A stretch of DNA of 63,132 nt, filler included, from Octopus bimaculoides (lineage: Eukaryota), in assembly GCF_001194135.2 (NCBI RefSeq). It is 4 parts of 4 records of this genome, joined end to end, with 100 filler letters (N's around TTAATTAATTAA, not from the genome) between each part and the next. Parts side by side here need not be neighbours in the genome. Positions count along the whole stretch, not along the records: positions 1 to 26,374 come from NC_068983.1; 3 more parts are not named here. One strand, given 5' to 3'. Below the pieces are notes generated by a model. It worked only from the letters and a program-made list of their open reading frames with translations. It had not been told where the DNA came from and searched no databases. The position numbers and the translations under genes were made by a program. Positions within the stretch are counted from its first letter, which is position 1; the number at the start of each line of letters is the position of its first letter. Positions 1 through 12,719 of this stretch are shown here, one piece after another.

Positions 1-258
1 CCCGCTCGAAACATTTCATGTGTCACCCGCATAAGGGCCTGTCCAGGGGCACTGGCAACGATGTTGCTCGAAAGATATCATGTGTCACTCGCACATGAGC
101 CAGTCCAGGGGCACTGGCAACGAACTCGCTCAAAAGATATCATGTGTCGCCCGCACATGAGCCAGTCCAGGGGCACTGGCAACGATCCCGCTCGAAAGAT
201 TTCATGTGTCACCCGCACATGAGCCAGTCTGGGGGCACCGGCAGCGATCTCACTCGAA
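1..258. repeat. Minisatellite, ~61-62 bp unit, about 4 copies, running off the window start
   Basis: Repeated unit gctcgaaagatwtcatgtgtcacccgcacatgagccagtccaggggcactggcaacga; matches the reverse complement of the SINE interior at ~1490-1545. Confidence 0.9.
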
Positions 259-622
259 GAAACAACAAGTTATCAGATGCCCACAATATCAGTACTACTG
301 AAGTGGCTTACAGAACAAGACTATACCAAGTATTGAACAGTTTGCATCCTAACATCAGTACTTTGTGTATTTCTGACCAAGACATGTAAGATTCAACAGC
401 TGACTTCATCAAGTTATTTAGCCCAGGTTGGTCATAACTGAGACCAAAGTCATTCCAATAATGACCATCTCATCCTCTCAAACATTGTGTACCTCAGACT
501 ATGTTTTGCCTTTTCAAGATGGTAGGAAATTTGACTATTATTTCTAGCAGATTCGACCAAGCTTTAAATAGTTATCATATGAGATTTGATTCATTACTTT
601 GAGTTGTAATAATCATGTAAAA

Positions 623-834
623 GGTGGTGAGCTGGCAGAATTGTTAGTGTACCTGGCAAAATACTTAGTGGCATTTCATTCGTTTTTATGTTCTGAGTTC
701 AAATTCCACCGAGGTCAACTTTTCCTTTCATCCTTTTGGAGTCAATGAAATAAGTACCACTTGAGCACTGGGGCTGATGTAATCAACTTAACCCTTCTCC
801 TGAAATTGCTGACCTTGTGCCAAAATCTGAAACC
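623..834 (+). mobile_element. tRNA-derived SINE with Meta/MESC-like central domain, 15-bp TSD
   Basis: A-box-like ggtggtgagctggcag, B-box gagttcaaattcc, body cctttcatccttttggagtcaatgaaataagtacc; TSD aataatcatgtaaaa at 608-622 and 835-849. The domain name is from recall. Confidence 0.85.
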
Positions 835-1261
835 AATAATCATGTAAAATTCAATTTTTCTAATAAGAAAAGCTGCCTGTGACAGGCCAGCATCTTATCC
901 AAGAGGGAAATATATTTTTCCTTCATTTAATTTTGTAAAAACTGGATGGGGAAAAGAGCTAGATTCTTGTGGATAACTATAAGAGTTAAACATACTACAT
1001 TATAACATTACACACTTTTTTAAAATAATTGATAAAGGAAAAATATGTAGATTGCTGATGGTCAAAACAAAAGTTTCTCAAAGTAACTGCATCTGATCAG
1101 AAAAGAAACAACTTGGTGAAGAATTGCAAAACATGTATGATGTGAAAATGGCCATCACATACTAGTATAGAATGAAGTGTGTATTACAGCAAAAAAGAAA
1201 TTAAGGAAAGTCAAAGAAGCAGTGTATATAATTGTAAAAAAAACTCACTCTCTAAAGCCAG

Positions 1262-1785
1262 AGCAGTCCTTCATTGGACATTAAACTCCGCTTGCAAAGA
1301 CCTGTTGAGGCAAGTGAAATCGTAATCGAACTAAATTCGATGACTGGCGACCATGCCAATGTCGTCTCCTTCATTGGACACGAAACTCGGCTTGCAAAGA
1401 CCTGTTGGGGCAAGCGAAAGCAAAATCGTGATGGCACCTGTGCCCAGCGTCACCTTCCTAGCACTTGAGCCGGTGGCACGTGTAAAGACATTCGAGCGAG
1501 ATTGTTGCCAGTGCCGCTGGACTGGCTCCTGTGCAGGTGGCACATAAAATGCACCATTTTGAACGTGGCCATTGCCAGTACCGCCTGACTGGCCTTCGTG
1601 CCGGTGGCACGTAAAAGCACCCACTACACTCTTGGAGTGGTTGGCGTTAGGAAGGGCATCCAGCTGTAGAAACTCTGCCAAACCAGATTGGAGCCTGGTG
1701 TAGCCATCTGGTTCACCAGTCCTCAGTCAAATCGTCCAACCCATGCTAGCAAGGAAAGTGGACGTTAAATGATGATGATGATGAT
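1262..1785 (+). mobile_element. SINE family with ggaagggcatccagc body and (GAT)n tail (RTE-type tail), 5'-truncated
   Basis: Ends tcgtccaacccatgctagcaaggaaagtggacgttaaa(tga)n; internal ~100-bp duplication 1268-1420; relatives at ~4300, 9600, 10270, 11490, 14590, 15660, 21090, 24440. Confidence 0.8.
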
Positions 1786-2770
1786 AATTATAACTAATGA
1801 ATTTGCTGCAGAATTTTTATAGTTTACATTAATATGTTTTGTTGTTATATTTTCTGTTTCCAACTCAGAAAAATAACAAGCATTTGTATTTTTTCTTAAT
1901 CTCATTATGAAATTTCTTATTCTTGTGTAATTTCAATTCTTTATTTATTGAAACCAATTGGTCAAACAATTTATGACATGCCTAGAATACTGCACTCTCT
2001 CTTATATTTGATATGCATTGTCATGATAATTTCAACAGTTGCTATGCAAAACATCCTGTAGGTTAATATTGATCAGAGAATACAATGCAGAAGTCTGTTA
2101 ATGGTATAAAAATGTTGCTGTGGAATTGCTCTGGTTGATTTTTTTCTCATCATTTTCATATTTACCAACATTTGTACAGAATATATTATGCTCAAAGAGC
2201 AAATACAATGACACAGCAGTCTCCTCACAAACACTGGAATGGCCTTCCTGCAGATCAACTGTTGTTTACCTTGATTGACATATTCAACCATCCAAATAAA
2301 CAGTAGTTTTGCTGTCAGTGATTTCCTTTGATTCACAGTCAATCATATCTCTTATTGTCTTCACACTGTCCAGCTATTCTAAGTTTAAGCAGTCTTTAAA
2401 CCCTATAAATGGTTTTATTTATGTAGAATTATACAGTGTTTCTTTCTCCGTGGGAGAGTGACAATATATTGCATATGAAAGAAGATAGGCTACATGATAA
2501 TGGCATATGAAATATAGAGAACCTGTAGAGAGAGAGGAGAAATAAAGTATGATTGAGAGGATGTACAATACTGTGATAAGAGATAGCATGCAAGTGAGGT
2601 GAGGGAGGTATCATTATGTATGCAGAAGGGGCTGAGTACATTTGTGAAGGGTTGGGGAGTTCTAGGTATAAAAGTGACATACTGACAGAAGTATACCCAC
2701 CATAGGGAAGATGATGGTTCGGTGTCTTTATGTTTCTGGAACATTTAAAAAAAAAAAATTTTTTTTTTTA

Positions 2771-2812
2771 AGTTTCAGCTTAGAGCTGCGGCCATGCTGG
2801 TGCACCACCGTG
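2771..2812 (-). mobile_element. Extreme 3' tip of a LINE with poly(A); further copies ~2975-3019 and ~11377-11422
   Basis: Minus strand reads cggtggtgcaccagcatggccgcagctctaagctgaaactt followed by an A run; the same motif ends the LINE fragment at ~51975-52010. Confidence 0.7.
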
Positions 2813-3449
2813 GATATGCTCGTAATTACAGATGATATACTGATTATGTGCAAGATATGACATGTAAAATCCCATGGAAACATGCTAAAGTAGACATTGA
2901 AATTATCAGGCTTATATCCTTCTATCATAAAAAAAAAACAATCTTATGACTTAAATTCCTCATCATTTCATTTCAAGGTTTCAGCTCAGAGCTGCGGCCA
3001 TGCTGATGCACCACCATAGCATTCATTTTTTTTTTCTCACAATTCTTGTGATAGGTAGCAAATGCAGCATAATTTTTCTATGCAGTCACTCATACTCAAA
3101 TGTGATCTCATCATTTCTTCCAAAATATTTTCTACTTTAGTTCTACTTCTACCACAGTTACCTTTTAACATTTACTTACTAAATGTTTTCCACTCATCTT
3201 GTACCATTCAGTCACATTACATAGCCCCTTTCCTCTTTAGGGCCCTTCTACTTTTCCTTTTTCTGTCTTTTTCTGTTATATTCTGTCTACTGTACATGCA
3301 GTTTTGGCTTTCATTACTGTCTTTACTTGACTTATTTCTGCTTTCTGTCTCCACTTTTACCATATGCTATAAGCTCAACATTATTTTATTATTATATTAC
3401 CAGTGAAAGATATCCAGACATTTTCTGGATTTCCATGAAATGAAGAGAA

Positions 3450-3800
3450 ATGAATTAACCTTTTATGAAGATTAAAATTTGCTCTTTTGATAGTCCATAG
3501 GTCTGTGATTTCCTCTCAGGTTGCTTAATTAAGTTCCTTCCAACAGATAAAGTAAAGCCACTTCCCAGATGACCCTAAGATTTTGTGTTGTCTGGTTCTG
3601 ACTAGTATTGGGGTCTTTGCCATCTTGATTTTTGGGGTTTTTACTCTAAATTTCATTCTTTTCATGCATTTCTTCAGCAAGTTCTATAGTAAAAGCCAAG
3701 TCATTAACATATGAAAGTTGACAGGGACATATTCTGATTCCTGTATCGTTATTTATATCATTTTTACCACATTATTGGTTATAGATTTCCACTAAGCCAA
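3450..3800 (-). mobile_element. Highly decayed LINE reverse transcriptase remnant
   Basis: Minus frame CQLSYVNDLAFTIELAEEMHEK resembles the RT YADD motif region; many stops. Confidence 0.4.
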
Positions 3801-3979
3801 TTGTTGTATTTCTAATGGCAACAGTAACAAGGAAGTAACTGTACAACTTGGACAGAACAAGTACCAAGAGTTAATTTTGCTCAAAAACTGCAATTTCTCA
3901 ATTTCCTTGATAAATGGTTTCACCTTTTATTTTGCACACATATTAAACTTCAGTAAATCTTCACATTGTTGCAGTCAGA

Positions 3980-4170
3980 CATAGCTGTGTGGCTTAAAAT
4001 GTCCTCTTCACAACTACCTGGTTTCAAGTTCAGTCCCACTATGCAGCACCTTGATCAAATGCCTTCTACAAGAACACTGGCTGACCAATGCCTCATGAGT
4101 GAATTTTGTGGATAGAAACTGTGCCAAAGACTGTTTCATGTGTGTGTCTGTGTCTGTGTGCATAAATATT
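3980..4170 (+). mobile_element. 5' half of the abundant tRNA-derived SINE
   Basis: gctgtgtggcttaa...gttcagtcccactatgcagcaccttgatcaaatgccttctac; same family at 7965-8150 (+), ~21270-21380 (-), ~26070-26230 (-). Confidence 0.7.
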
Positions 4171-4569
4171 GGTACTCCATAACTTTATTTGTCAGAGCTT
4201 AAGCAAAACGGTAATATAATGCTTACATCCTTTGATGGCATTACAACTGGTTGCTTTACTGTTGTTAACCCTTACTTGAAAAACAATAGTTAGCAACAGA
4301 AAGGGCATCTGGGTGTAAAATTCTGCCTCAGATAAGTCCCTTTCCAACTCGTGCTAGCCTGGAAAAAAAATAATAAATGAACGAATATATGATGAGCTTA
4401 CATGCAGTTTCCATTTACCAAATTTCACTTGCAAGTCGTTCATCAACTTGAACCTGAATGTCATGCAGTGGGATTGAACTAGGAGTCCTATAATCATGAA
4501 AAGATCTTAGCAACACAACTAATGCCACAAATTATATAACGAAAGGAAGAAGATTAAAAACAGTCTTAA

Positions 4570-4771
4570 CCCTTTAGCATTTAAACCAACCATATCAAGC
4601 CAAAGTAATCTGCCTGTTTTATATTGAAGCTGGCTAGATTTGGCCTCTCACACCAACCCTACAATGTCATTCTAAAAATTAACAGTTACATACAAAATAA
4701 TGCATGATTAATTCAAAACAGCATGAATAAAAAAGCATTACATTTGATAAAGTAATATGAATGCTAAACGG
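4570..4771. mobile_element. piggyBac-type MITE with TTAA target duplication
   Basis: TTAA(4566-4569)|CCCTTTAGCATT ... AATGCTAAACGG|TTAA(4772-4775): 12-bp terminal inverted repeats with one mismatch. Confidence 0.8.
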
Positions 4772-5639
4772 TTAATCCTAAATTTGCTACCCTAAATCAC
4801 TTTCATAATCCATTTATTCATCCCTAGTCTTTTTGTTACCTATCAGATTAACAGGTGTTATAGGCCTTTCATACTTTGTAAAAGTGAACAGGCTAATAGG
4901 ATGAAGTATTTGACCATCTGCTCAAAAGCATTTTAAAAAGAAATTATCAAAAATGGGAATTGAAAGATTCTCATGGAACACAGCTCAACAGTTCTACATC
5001 ATTACAAAACTCACTGCTGGACAGCAATGTACTTGAGAAAGAAGAGAAAGTCATTATAACGTTTATTTCATTTTGTTTGTTTGTAGTTTGCCATTTCATA
5101 AAGGTAGTGGGAGAGGGAATAATCTATAAGAAACACTGAGAAGATAGTCTGACAATCTTCATGGTTCAGTAGTAATAAATGTAAAATTACAGTCACTTCT
5201 CTCTCTCTCTCTCCCTCCCTTCCCCTTCTCTCTCATTGTATAATACAAGATATTAAGTCTGGTGAAGAGGATGGCAGTTAAAAGTAGGTTTAATGGTGGC
5301 CAGGAAATCTCATTAGTTGCAGTTAATGCCTCTGGTTTCAATAACAAAGTCAATAATTCTACATTTGAATGTTCCTAACAGCCGTTGTTCAATCTCTAGT
5401 TCTAAATATCTCTTCTGTTGCTTAAGATGTTTGGTTTTTCTTTTATCTAGTTCAGTTCAGTTCAGTTTAGTTTGGTTTGAATTAGTATTGACTAGTTTAG
5501 TCTTGTCTGGTCATGTTTTATTTAGTTTAGTTTAGATTGACCTGATCTTGTCTATAGTATGACATGGTCTGGCCTAGTCTTGACTGATTTTTTTCTGGTC
5601 TAGTTTAATTTGGTCTGGTCAGGCTCGGGATGATGATCT

Positions 5640-6030
5640 ATCTTTTATCTTCTATCTTTTACTTGTTTCAGTCATTGGAATGTGGCCATGCTGGAGCACT
5701 GCCTTGAAGGGTTTAATTAAACAAATTGACCCCAATACTTATTTCCAAGCTTGGTACTTATTCTATTGGTCTCTTTTGCTGAACCACTGAGTTATAAGGA
5801 CATAAACAAACCAACTCCAATTGTCAAGTAGTGATGGGGACAAACACAAACACACACATGCTTACATATATACATGCATACATTACATGCTTCTTGGTTG
5901 TCAAATCTGCTCACAAGGCTTTGGTCAGCTCAGGGTTATAGTAGAAGACACTTGTCCAAGGTGGAATTGAACCCAATACCACATGGTTGGAAAGCAAGCT
6001 TCTTAACCACACAACAATATCTGCACCAAA
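5640..6030 (-). mobile_element. Near full-length abundant tRNA-derived SINE, CpG-depleted copy
   Basis: Homologous along its length to 28775-29160 and to 11185-11350; tail on minus strand gtgctccagcatggccacattccaatgactgaaacaagtaaaag. Confidence 0.85.
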
Positions 6031-7481
6031 TATCATTAGCAGCAACATACTCTTCTAAGATTTATCCAGCATTTGGTTGCATGTAAGCTCTTGTATTGAA
6101 ATAGCCACATTGGTGGGACACTGACTAAAGTGGTTTTCAGTGTATAAATTTATCCTTTTATATACTAAGTTCAAAACCACCCATGACTAAATTTAGTTTA
6201 TCTCCCCACTCCAACCCAAAGATGTTATTAATGCATTTTTTAACCTGAGGTCAGCCCTGATTCAGAAGATCTATGTATAATCAACAGTATTCCAGCTGTG
6301 ACAATCCTGCTTTTATTTAGACATTTGGTGTATATAGGATTACAATAGTGTCCTTCCATTCTGTGGGGGCTACAATTTGAGGAAAATTCAGCAATGACAT
6401 TAAATAGACAAAGTAACTATGTAGACTCCTTCACTAGTTCGGTGTGGTTATTTCTGCAGATTATTTCAGATCTATGATCTATGATCAAAAGAGTTCCATC
6501 AATACACATCCTGTCTTTTTTTTTTTTTTGTCCCAAACCATATTAGCTAGTGTATTCATTTTTTTAAAGATGTCGGGGGTATCAATTGAATGAATTTGAC
6601 AGCCCTAAGCCAATCAGGTGAGTAACAATGCAGAAGCTCCACTGATTGGTTTAGAGGCTCCACTAGTCAAATATTGAGGTTGATTCAACCAACAACACTA
6701 TTCTTCTACAAATTTGTGTCATCAAAATCGATGTAGAAAAAAAATCAATAACTGTGATGATAAGAGAACAGTTTAATGGCAATAGAAGAATTGTGAGACA
6801 ATATAGGAAATCTTTATTATTGTTTTATATCTAAAATGAAATAAGATATTCACATTAAACTCACTGCAAGCTCACATACATATCCATCCGCCCACCCACT
6901 GATTCACCTATTAATCTAGCTAGCTAGCTGCCTGTCTCTCTAGTTATTTATCTGCACATATATCTACCTAACTTTCTTTCTCACTTCTATTAGTATCCTA
7001 TTTCAATTTGCCCCTCTCCCATCACCCTTCTCTTATAATCACTGTTTTCTGTTGCTATGCTTCTGTTACTGTCTTTAGTTTCTCTCATGTCTCTCTTATT
7101 CTGTTTCTCTATCTTTCTCACTTTTGCTTTTCTCTATCTCTTTTTGTCTCAATCACACATTTCTACCTTTATATATATTTATATATACACATGCACACGC
7201 ACGCACACGCACACACACACACATTCACACAATACACACACACATCCCTACATTGCTTTGCTTGATATTTTAGAAATAGCAGCCAGATCTCCTTAAAATT
7301 ACACCATACCATTAAAAGAAAGAAAGACACATTGGATAATGTAGTCCTAGACACATTTTCAGAGGAAAGACAGCATAGTCGCAATTGAAACTCTTTTGAT
7401 CATTGTTCTACTTGATCAGGACTGACCCAGAATTAAACAATATCCTCTTTCTGAACCTTGCTCTCTTTTGTTTTTCTACCC

Positions 7482-7520
<39 letters not shown>

Positions 7521-7602
7521 TTGTTTTTTTCTTACCACATTTCCTTTTTCATCTCTATTCATTTGTCTCTCCTTTTACTATGAGTTCCTTTCTGTTCCTT
7601 AA

Positions 7603-7790
7603 CTCTTTGGCATTTAAAGCAGCCATATCTGGCCCAAATATTCTATATGTTCATATGCTCAAACTGGTCAGATCCAGCCTCTCACACCTACCCTACAATG
7701 TCACTCTAAAAATAAACAATCACACCTTTAAAATTTGAAAGCTATAAGATAAACATGATTAATTCAAAACAACATGCATAAATAAGCATT
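7603..7790. mobile_element. Truncated second copy of the piggyBac-type MITE
   Basis: TTAA|CTCTTTGGCATTTAAA start; body cctctcacacctaccctacaatgtcactctaaaaat shared with 4570-4771; right TIR absent. Confidence 0.7.
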
Positions 7791-8171
7791 AGGGTTGAAG
7801 CTGAACTGATTCTTATAACCATTTGTAAGTTAGGATTATCCCACAAAGTGTGTTATCAAAGACAGAAGATATTTAGTATCATCCACTTCCTGGATGTGAT
7901 GTCAGTTTTCCCTTGCAGATACTTCCAGATATTCTTTCACCACATTAACTAAAAATAGGCAACAAGGTTGCAGGCATGGCTGTATGCTTAAGAAGTTCAT
8001 TTTGTAACTTCAAGGTTCTGGGTTCAAATCTGCTGTATAGCATACTGAGCAAGTGTCCTGTACCGTAGCCCTAGGTTGATTAATACCTTTGAGTGGAATT
8101 TGGTTGATAGACACTGAAGGATATTTACTCATGCATGTATGCATGTTCATACCTTTTTTTTTTTTTTTTTT

Positions 8172-8405
8172 GGACATCTTCCTGTAAGGTAGCATTTAGT
8201 TTCCATTGTCTCATTTTGAACCGGAGAAAAGTTTTGCATATTTTTCCTGTTCCACTTACAGATTATATTTGTAACATATGTGTTAGCTAACTGATTTCTT
8301 TTCCTGAGAACTCTAGCTTTTCCAGTCAAGTGCACAAGTTGTTACTGGCAAAAATGTAAATTCATAATCTGGACATAGAAACTCTATGAGTGTAGGTGTA
8401 AACAA
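8172..8405 (-). mobile_element. R4/Dong-like non-LTR retrotransposon 3' end (restriction-like endonuclease C-terminus)
   Basis: PDYEFTFLPV...LEKLEFSGKEIS*LTHMLQI*SVSGTGKICKTFLRF; poly(A) at 8154-8171 on the minus strand. Confidence 0.75.
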
Positions 8406-9012
8406 TTTATTATTATTGCTACAAGCAGTAATAACAGTGAATAATTGACTGGGATTCTTTCAGTTTGTATTACTATTACTGAGTTAAACTTAATCGAAAT
8501 TTTGTTGTACCTTATAGCTCAGAAAGGGAAGAGTTCAATATTAGTTTTTCAGTATCTAAGATAATGACAAAATCTTCAGTGAGGTCATGTATTATTGCTG
8601 TTTTTATTTCCATGTCAGCCCTGATCCGACTTACAATCAAAAGCATTCTAGATGACATCATTCTATCTTTTGCTCAGGCATATCTGGGATCACATCCAAT
8701 TGCATGCTACATTGTTTTCAATACTTTTATGAACAGGCAGTTATTGTATGAAGACATGAAGACCTTCCTTTCTTAAGACAATACAGTGTTACGTGAAGGA
8801 GATCTCGATGCTATTCCTAACCAATTGATGACTACATTGAGGCTTTCTTATTGACATAAACAGTGTCACATTGACCTGACAAGTTATGAGAATAAATCTC
8901 TCTCTACACACACAGAGTTTACAGTGTCCTATACATATATTCATGACAACTAGTCAACTAACTACATTTAAAAGAAATGTTACATATGCACATGCATACA
9001 TGCACGCATAGA

Positions 9013-9044
<32 letters not shown>

Positions 9045-9789
9045 CATACATGCATATACATCGATTTTGACAAACATTCTAGTAGACCTGCAACCATCAG
9101 AACTGAGAAAAGTATGCATACATACTTATACATGTATACTGCATGCATACATACACTGACACATACTCACACATGCACACACATGTACATGCACACACAT
9201 ATATTAGTTGTACTATATTTAGATATTTCCACTTGAGTGTATAATTAATCAATAGAATATTTCTCCCAAACAGTATCTCTTCATTGAACTAATATACTAC
9301 TGGCTATAAAAATGGATTATTTTACAGTAATTGAAGATAGACAAGTATTCCATACAATGTAACTCTAATCAAATACATTAATTAATATCACAACAATTGC
9401 TCTACAATGGTGGAATGGCAGATCTAGAATTGCTCTACTTTCTGAATGTATTATATCTTGCAAACCGGAGGTCAATTTATTTAGTTGTTCCTTCTATGGA
9501 GATTACTAAAATAAACATTAGATATTCAATTCCCATGACTCTAGAACTTAATTCTCTATGCTTCTTTAACATTATGGCATGAATATGGAAAGAAGTGGCT
9601 CCAGCAAGTTCCTCAACCACACAGCTGTGGCATTAGGAAGGGCATCTAGCTGTAAAAACTATGTCAAAACAGACAGTGGAGCTTGGTGCAGTCCCTAGGC
9701 TTATTAGCTCCTCACAAACCACCCAACATGGAAGATGAACATTAAATGATGATGATGACGATGATATATATATATATAATAATAATAAT

Positions 9790-9969
9790 TGACTGCTAAA
9801 TCCAAAAGTTTTTTATTCTCTCTCTGTTTATTTCCTTGTGTTCCTTTCTGATGAAGAGCATAGGCTCGAAATGTAGAAGACTTCCTCACCTTCCCAAGCA
9901 TTAGACTAATACACCTGCTTGTCGTTTATACACCTGTCTTCGTCTTTTGTTTTTCTGTAAATTTCAACT
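9790..9969 (+). mobile_element. Short hammerhead-bearing repeat (family 2), flanked by TA-rich microsatellite
   Basis: Alignable over ~180 bp to the reverse complement of 60190-60375. Confidence 0.8.
9844..9879 (+). ncRNA. Minimal type I hammerhead ribozyme motif (family 2)
   Basis: CUUU-CUGAUGA-A-GAGC-auag-GCUC-GAAA-U-G-UA-GAAG; canonical core, 4-bp helix II, helix III reduced. Confidence 0.7.
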
Positions 9970-10250
9970 ACATATATATATATATATATATGTCCTCAGT
10001 CAAGTCGTCCAACCCATGCTAGCATGGAAAACAGACATTAAACGATGATGATGATGATGATGATGATATATACNNNNNNNNNNNNNNNNNNNNNNNNNNN
10101 NNNNNNNNNNNNNNNNNNNNNNNNNNNNNNNNNNNNNNNNNNNNNNNNNNNNNNNNNNNNNNNNNNNNNNNNNNNNNNNNNNNNNNNNNNNNNNNNNNNN
10201 NNNNNNNNNNNNNNNNNNNNNNNNNNNNNNNNNNNNNNNNNNNNNNNNNN

Positions 10251-10520
10251 ATATATATATATATATATACCCATGCAGGTGGCACGTAAAAAACACCATT
10301 TTGAGCATGGCCGTTACCAGTACCGTCTGACTGGCCCTCGTGCCGGTGGCACATAAAAGCACCCACTACACTCTCGGAGTGGTTGGCGTTAGGAAGGGCA
10401 TCCAGATCAGATTGGAGCCTGGTGCAGCCTTCTGGCTTGCCAGTCCTCAGTCAAATTGTCCAACCCATGCTAGCATGGAAAACAGACATTAAACGATGAT
10501 GATGATGATGATGATGATAT
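10251..10520 (+). mobile_element. (GAT)n-tailed SINE, 3' part
   Basis: Same sequence as 1540-1785 with an internal deletion. Confidence 0.8.
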
Positions 10521-10523
10521 ATA

Positions 10524-11182
10524 CGTGGTCTGAACAATAAGTATCTGGACTGTTGCCATAGTAATGAAGCTAATGCACACAGAGTAAAGCCACTTGGCAC
10601 AAATTGACCTTGAACTCTGGTGTGCATGCGCACTAAGTTTTAACATTCTGGTTCACATCTGCTGTTTACAGCAGTGCTTGGAAGGAAGGTGTGTAATGTG
10701 TGATCATTGCATTAACCATGAAAGAAAAAATTGAGCAGAGAATCTGCATCAAATTTTGCCAAAAGCTTGGCGGTATCTGCTCAGAGACCAATGCAAAGTT
10801 TCCCAAAGAATTTTATCATTCTTGACTCAATCAAGAAGATCTTGTGCAGCTGAAATCCGAGTGTCTTTTTAGTCAGCTGAAATCAGTTTTGGCACAAACT
10901 TGGCAGACACGTATCACATACCCAAATTTTCAGTGATAATGGACTGAACTGAACCATAACTAATCTCTGATAACTCACGGATGGTGATTCAACAGTTTCC
11001 CCTCACAGTTGCATGCACAGCTGTGATGTTTTTCTCAGTTCTGCTGGCTGCAGGTTTCTCAGAATGTTCGTCAAAATCGACATTTTTTCGGCCATCTTCG
11101 AAACATCTGAACCACTCATACACTTGTGTGCGACTCATACACCCCTCTCCATACACTTTCTGCAACTTTACATAGGCCTCTG
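10524..11182 (+). mobile_element. Mariner relic: 5' TIR and transposase N-terminus, with the continuation inverted
   Basis: TA|CGTGGTCTGAACAATAAG; MKEKIEQRICIKFCQKLG on + strand; 10802-11182 on - strand gives EAYVKLQKVYGEGCMSRTQVYEWFRCFEDGRKNV...VSAKFVPKL. Confidence 0.85.
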
Positions 11183-11441
11183 ATCAAAGTTGGTGTGTTA
11201 ATGTTCCTGTAACTTAGTGGTTCCACAAAAGAGACCAATAGAATAAGTACTAGGCTTACAAAGAATAAGTGTTGGGGTCAATTTGTTCGACTAAAGGTGA
11301 TTCTCCAGCATGGCCGTAATCAAATGACTGAAACAAGTAAAAGAATAAAAGACTATATATATATATATATTTTTTTTTAAAGTTTCAGCTTAGAGCTGCG
11401 GCCATGCTGATGCACCACCGTGAACTGACGTGCCGTGACCA

Positions 11442-11475
<34 letters not shown>

Positions 11476-12719
11476 TAACCATCATTATCATCATGTAATG
11501 CTGGCATGGGTTGAACAGTTTGATGCGAGCAGGTCAGCCAGAGAGCTGCAGCAGGTTCCAGTTATCCGTTTTGGCATAGTTTCTATGGCTGGATGCTCTT
11601 TCTAACATCAGCCACTTTACAGTATGTACTGTGTTCTTTTTATGTGGCACCAGCATGGGTATTTTTTATGTGGCACTGGCATATGCCTCTTGTGTGGTAC
11701 TGATAAAGATACCCCTTATGTGGTACTGGTGGCCTTATGTGGCCTTTTACATGACACCAGCATGGATGCTTCTTGTGTGGTGCCAGCATGAGTGCTTTTT
11801 ATGTGACACCAGCACTTGCAAGCTCACAAGACAAGGACTTTTTAACTGAGAGAGGAAGTTGAAGGCTGTAAAGGACATGCCTGTATGTATGGATAGCATA
11901 TATAATATATATATATTTTTTTTATTGCAACTAAAACTGAGAGTTTGTCTTGTGACTTGAGTTTCAGTTTCAATAAAATACTATATGCTTTACAGCATGT
12001 ATTGAGCACTCCTTTCTCAAACATTCATCATTAAGCAGCACACATGCGCACACGCGCACACACACACACACACACAAACTCATGAAATTAAATAAGAATT
12101 AGAGTAAACATTACCACTAAGTCTTTTGAAACTGAATTCAATGTTTATTGTTGTTGAGTACAAGTCTAAACTTGATGGTGGAGGACTATAATCAAAATCA
12201 TTCCAGTCATGACCATTCCATCTGTTTTTCCAAATAGTGTGTATAGAATTGCATTGCATTCTTCCCCTTTTGAAGACAGTATGGTGTGATTTGAGTAGTA
12301 TTTCTAGCAGCCTGAATGACCATGTAGAAGTTTCAGACATTTTGTATGTGTGTGTGTGTGTGTGCGTGTGTGTATGTGGTGATGGGTCCACTTTTTTCTT
12401 CACACTTCTTTGTGTGTGATTGTTTTTGTTGGAACAACTGATTTTACAGTTGGATGCTTTCTCTAACACTAACCAATCAACCATGAAGTCGGAAGTAAAA
12501 TCTCTCTCTTTGTCAATCGTGCAGACTGAAGATGTTTTCTTGCTCTTAGAAATAACACAAAGGCTGTAGTACTCCACCACCTTAACATCACAGCTTTTGT
12601 GTCGATAATTAATTTTAATATATACCATCTTGTCGCTATACTTATCTCTCTGTACATATGTATATATGTATTTATGTGTGCACATATATATGTGTGTTTA
12701 AATGTACGTCTCTTAAATT

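Noticed and set aside
2073-2400. Protein-like minus frames (DLQEGHSSVCEETAV..., LDSVKTIRDMIDCES...)
   Set aside because: Frames broken by stops, weak splice sites, no recognisable homology
8230-8370. Apparent paralogous exons with gtaagt donors at 8.2, 12.8 and 18.9 kb
   Set aside because: The donor-like gtaag lies inside the SVSG codons of R4-like LINE 3' ends; these are not host exons
9992-10520. Near-identical SINE tails with (GAT)n-atatac on both sides of a gap
   Set aside because: Likely redundant assembly of alleles around the gap; cannot be called a real duplication without reads
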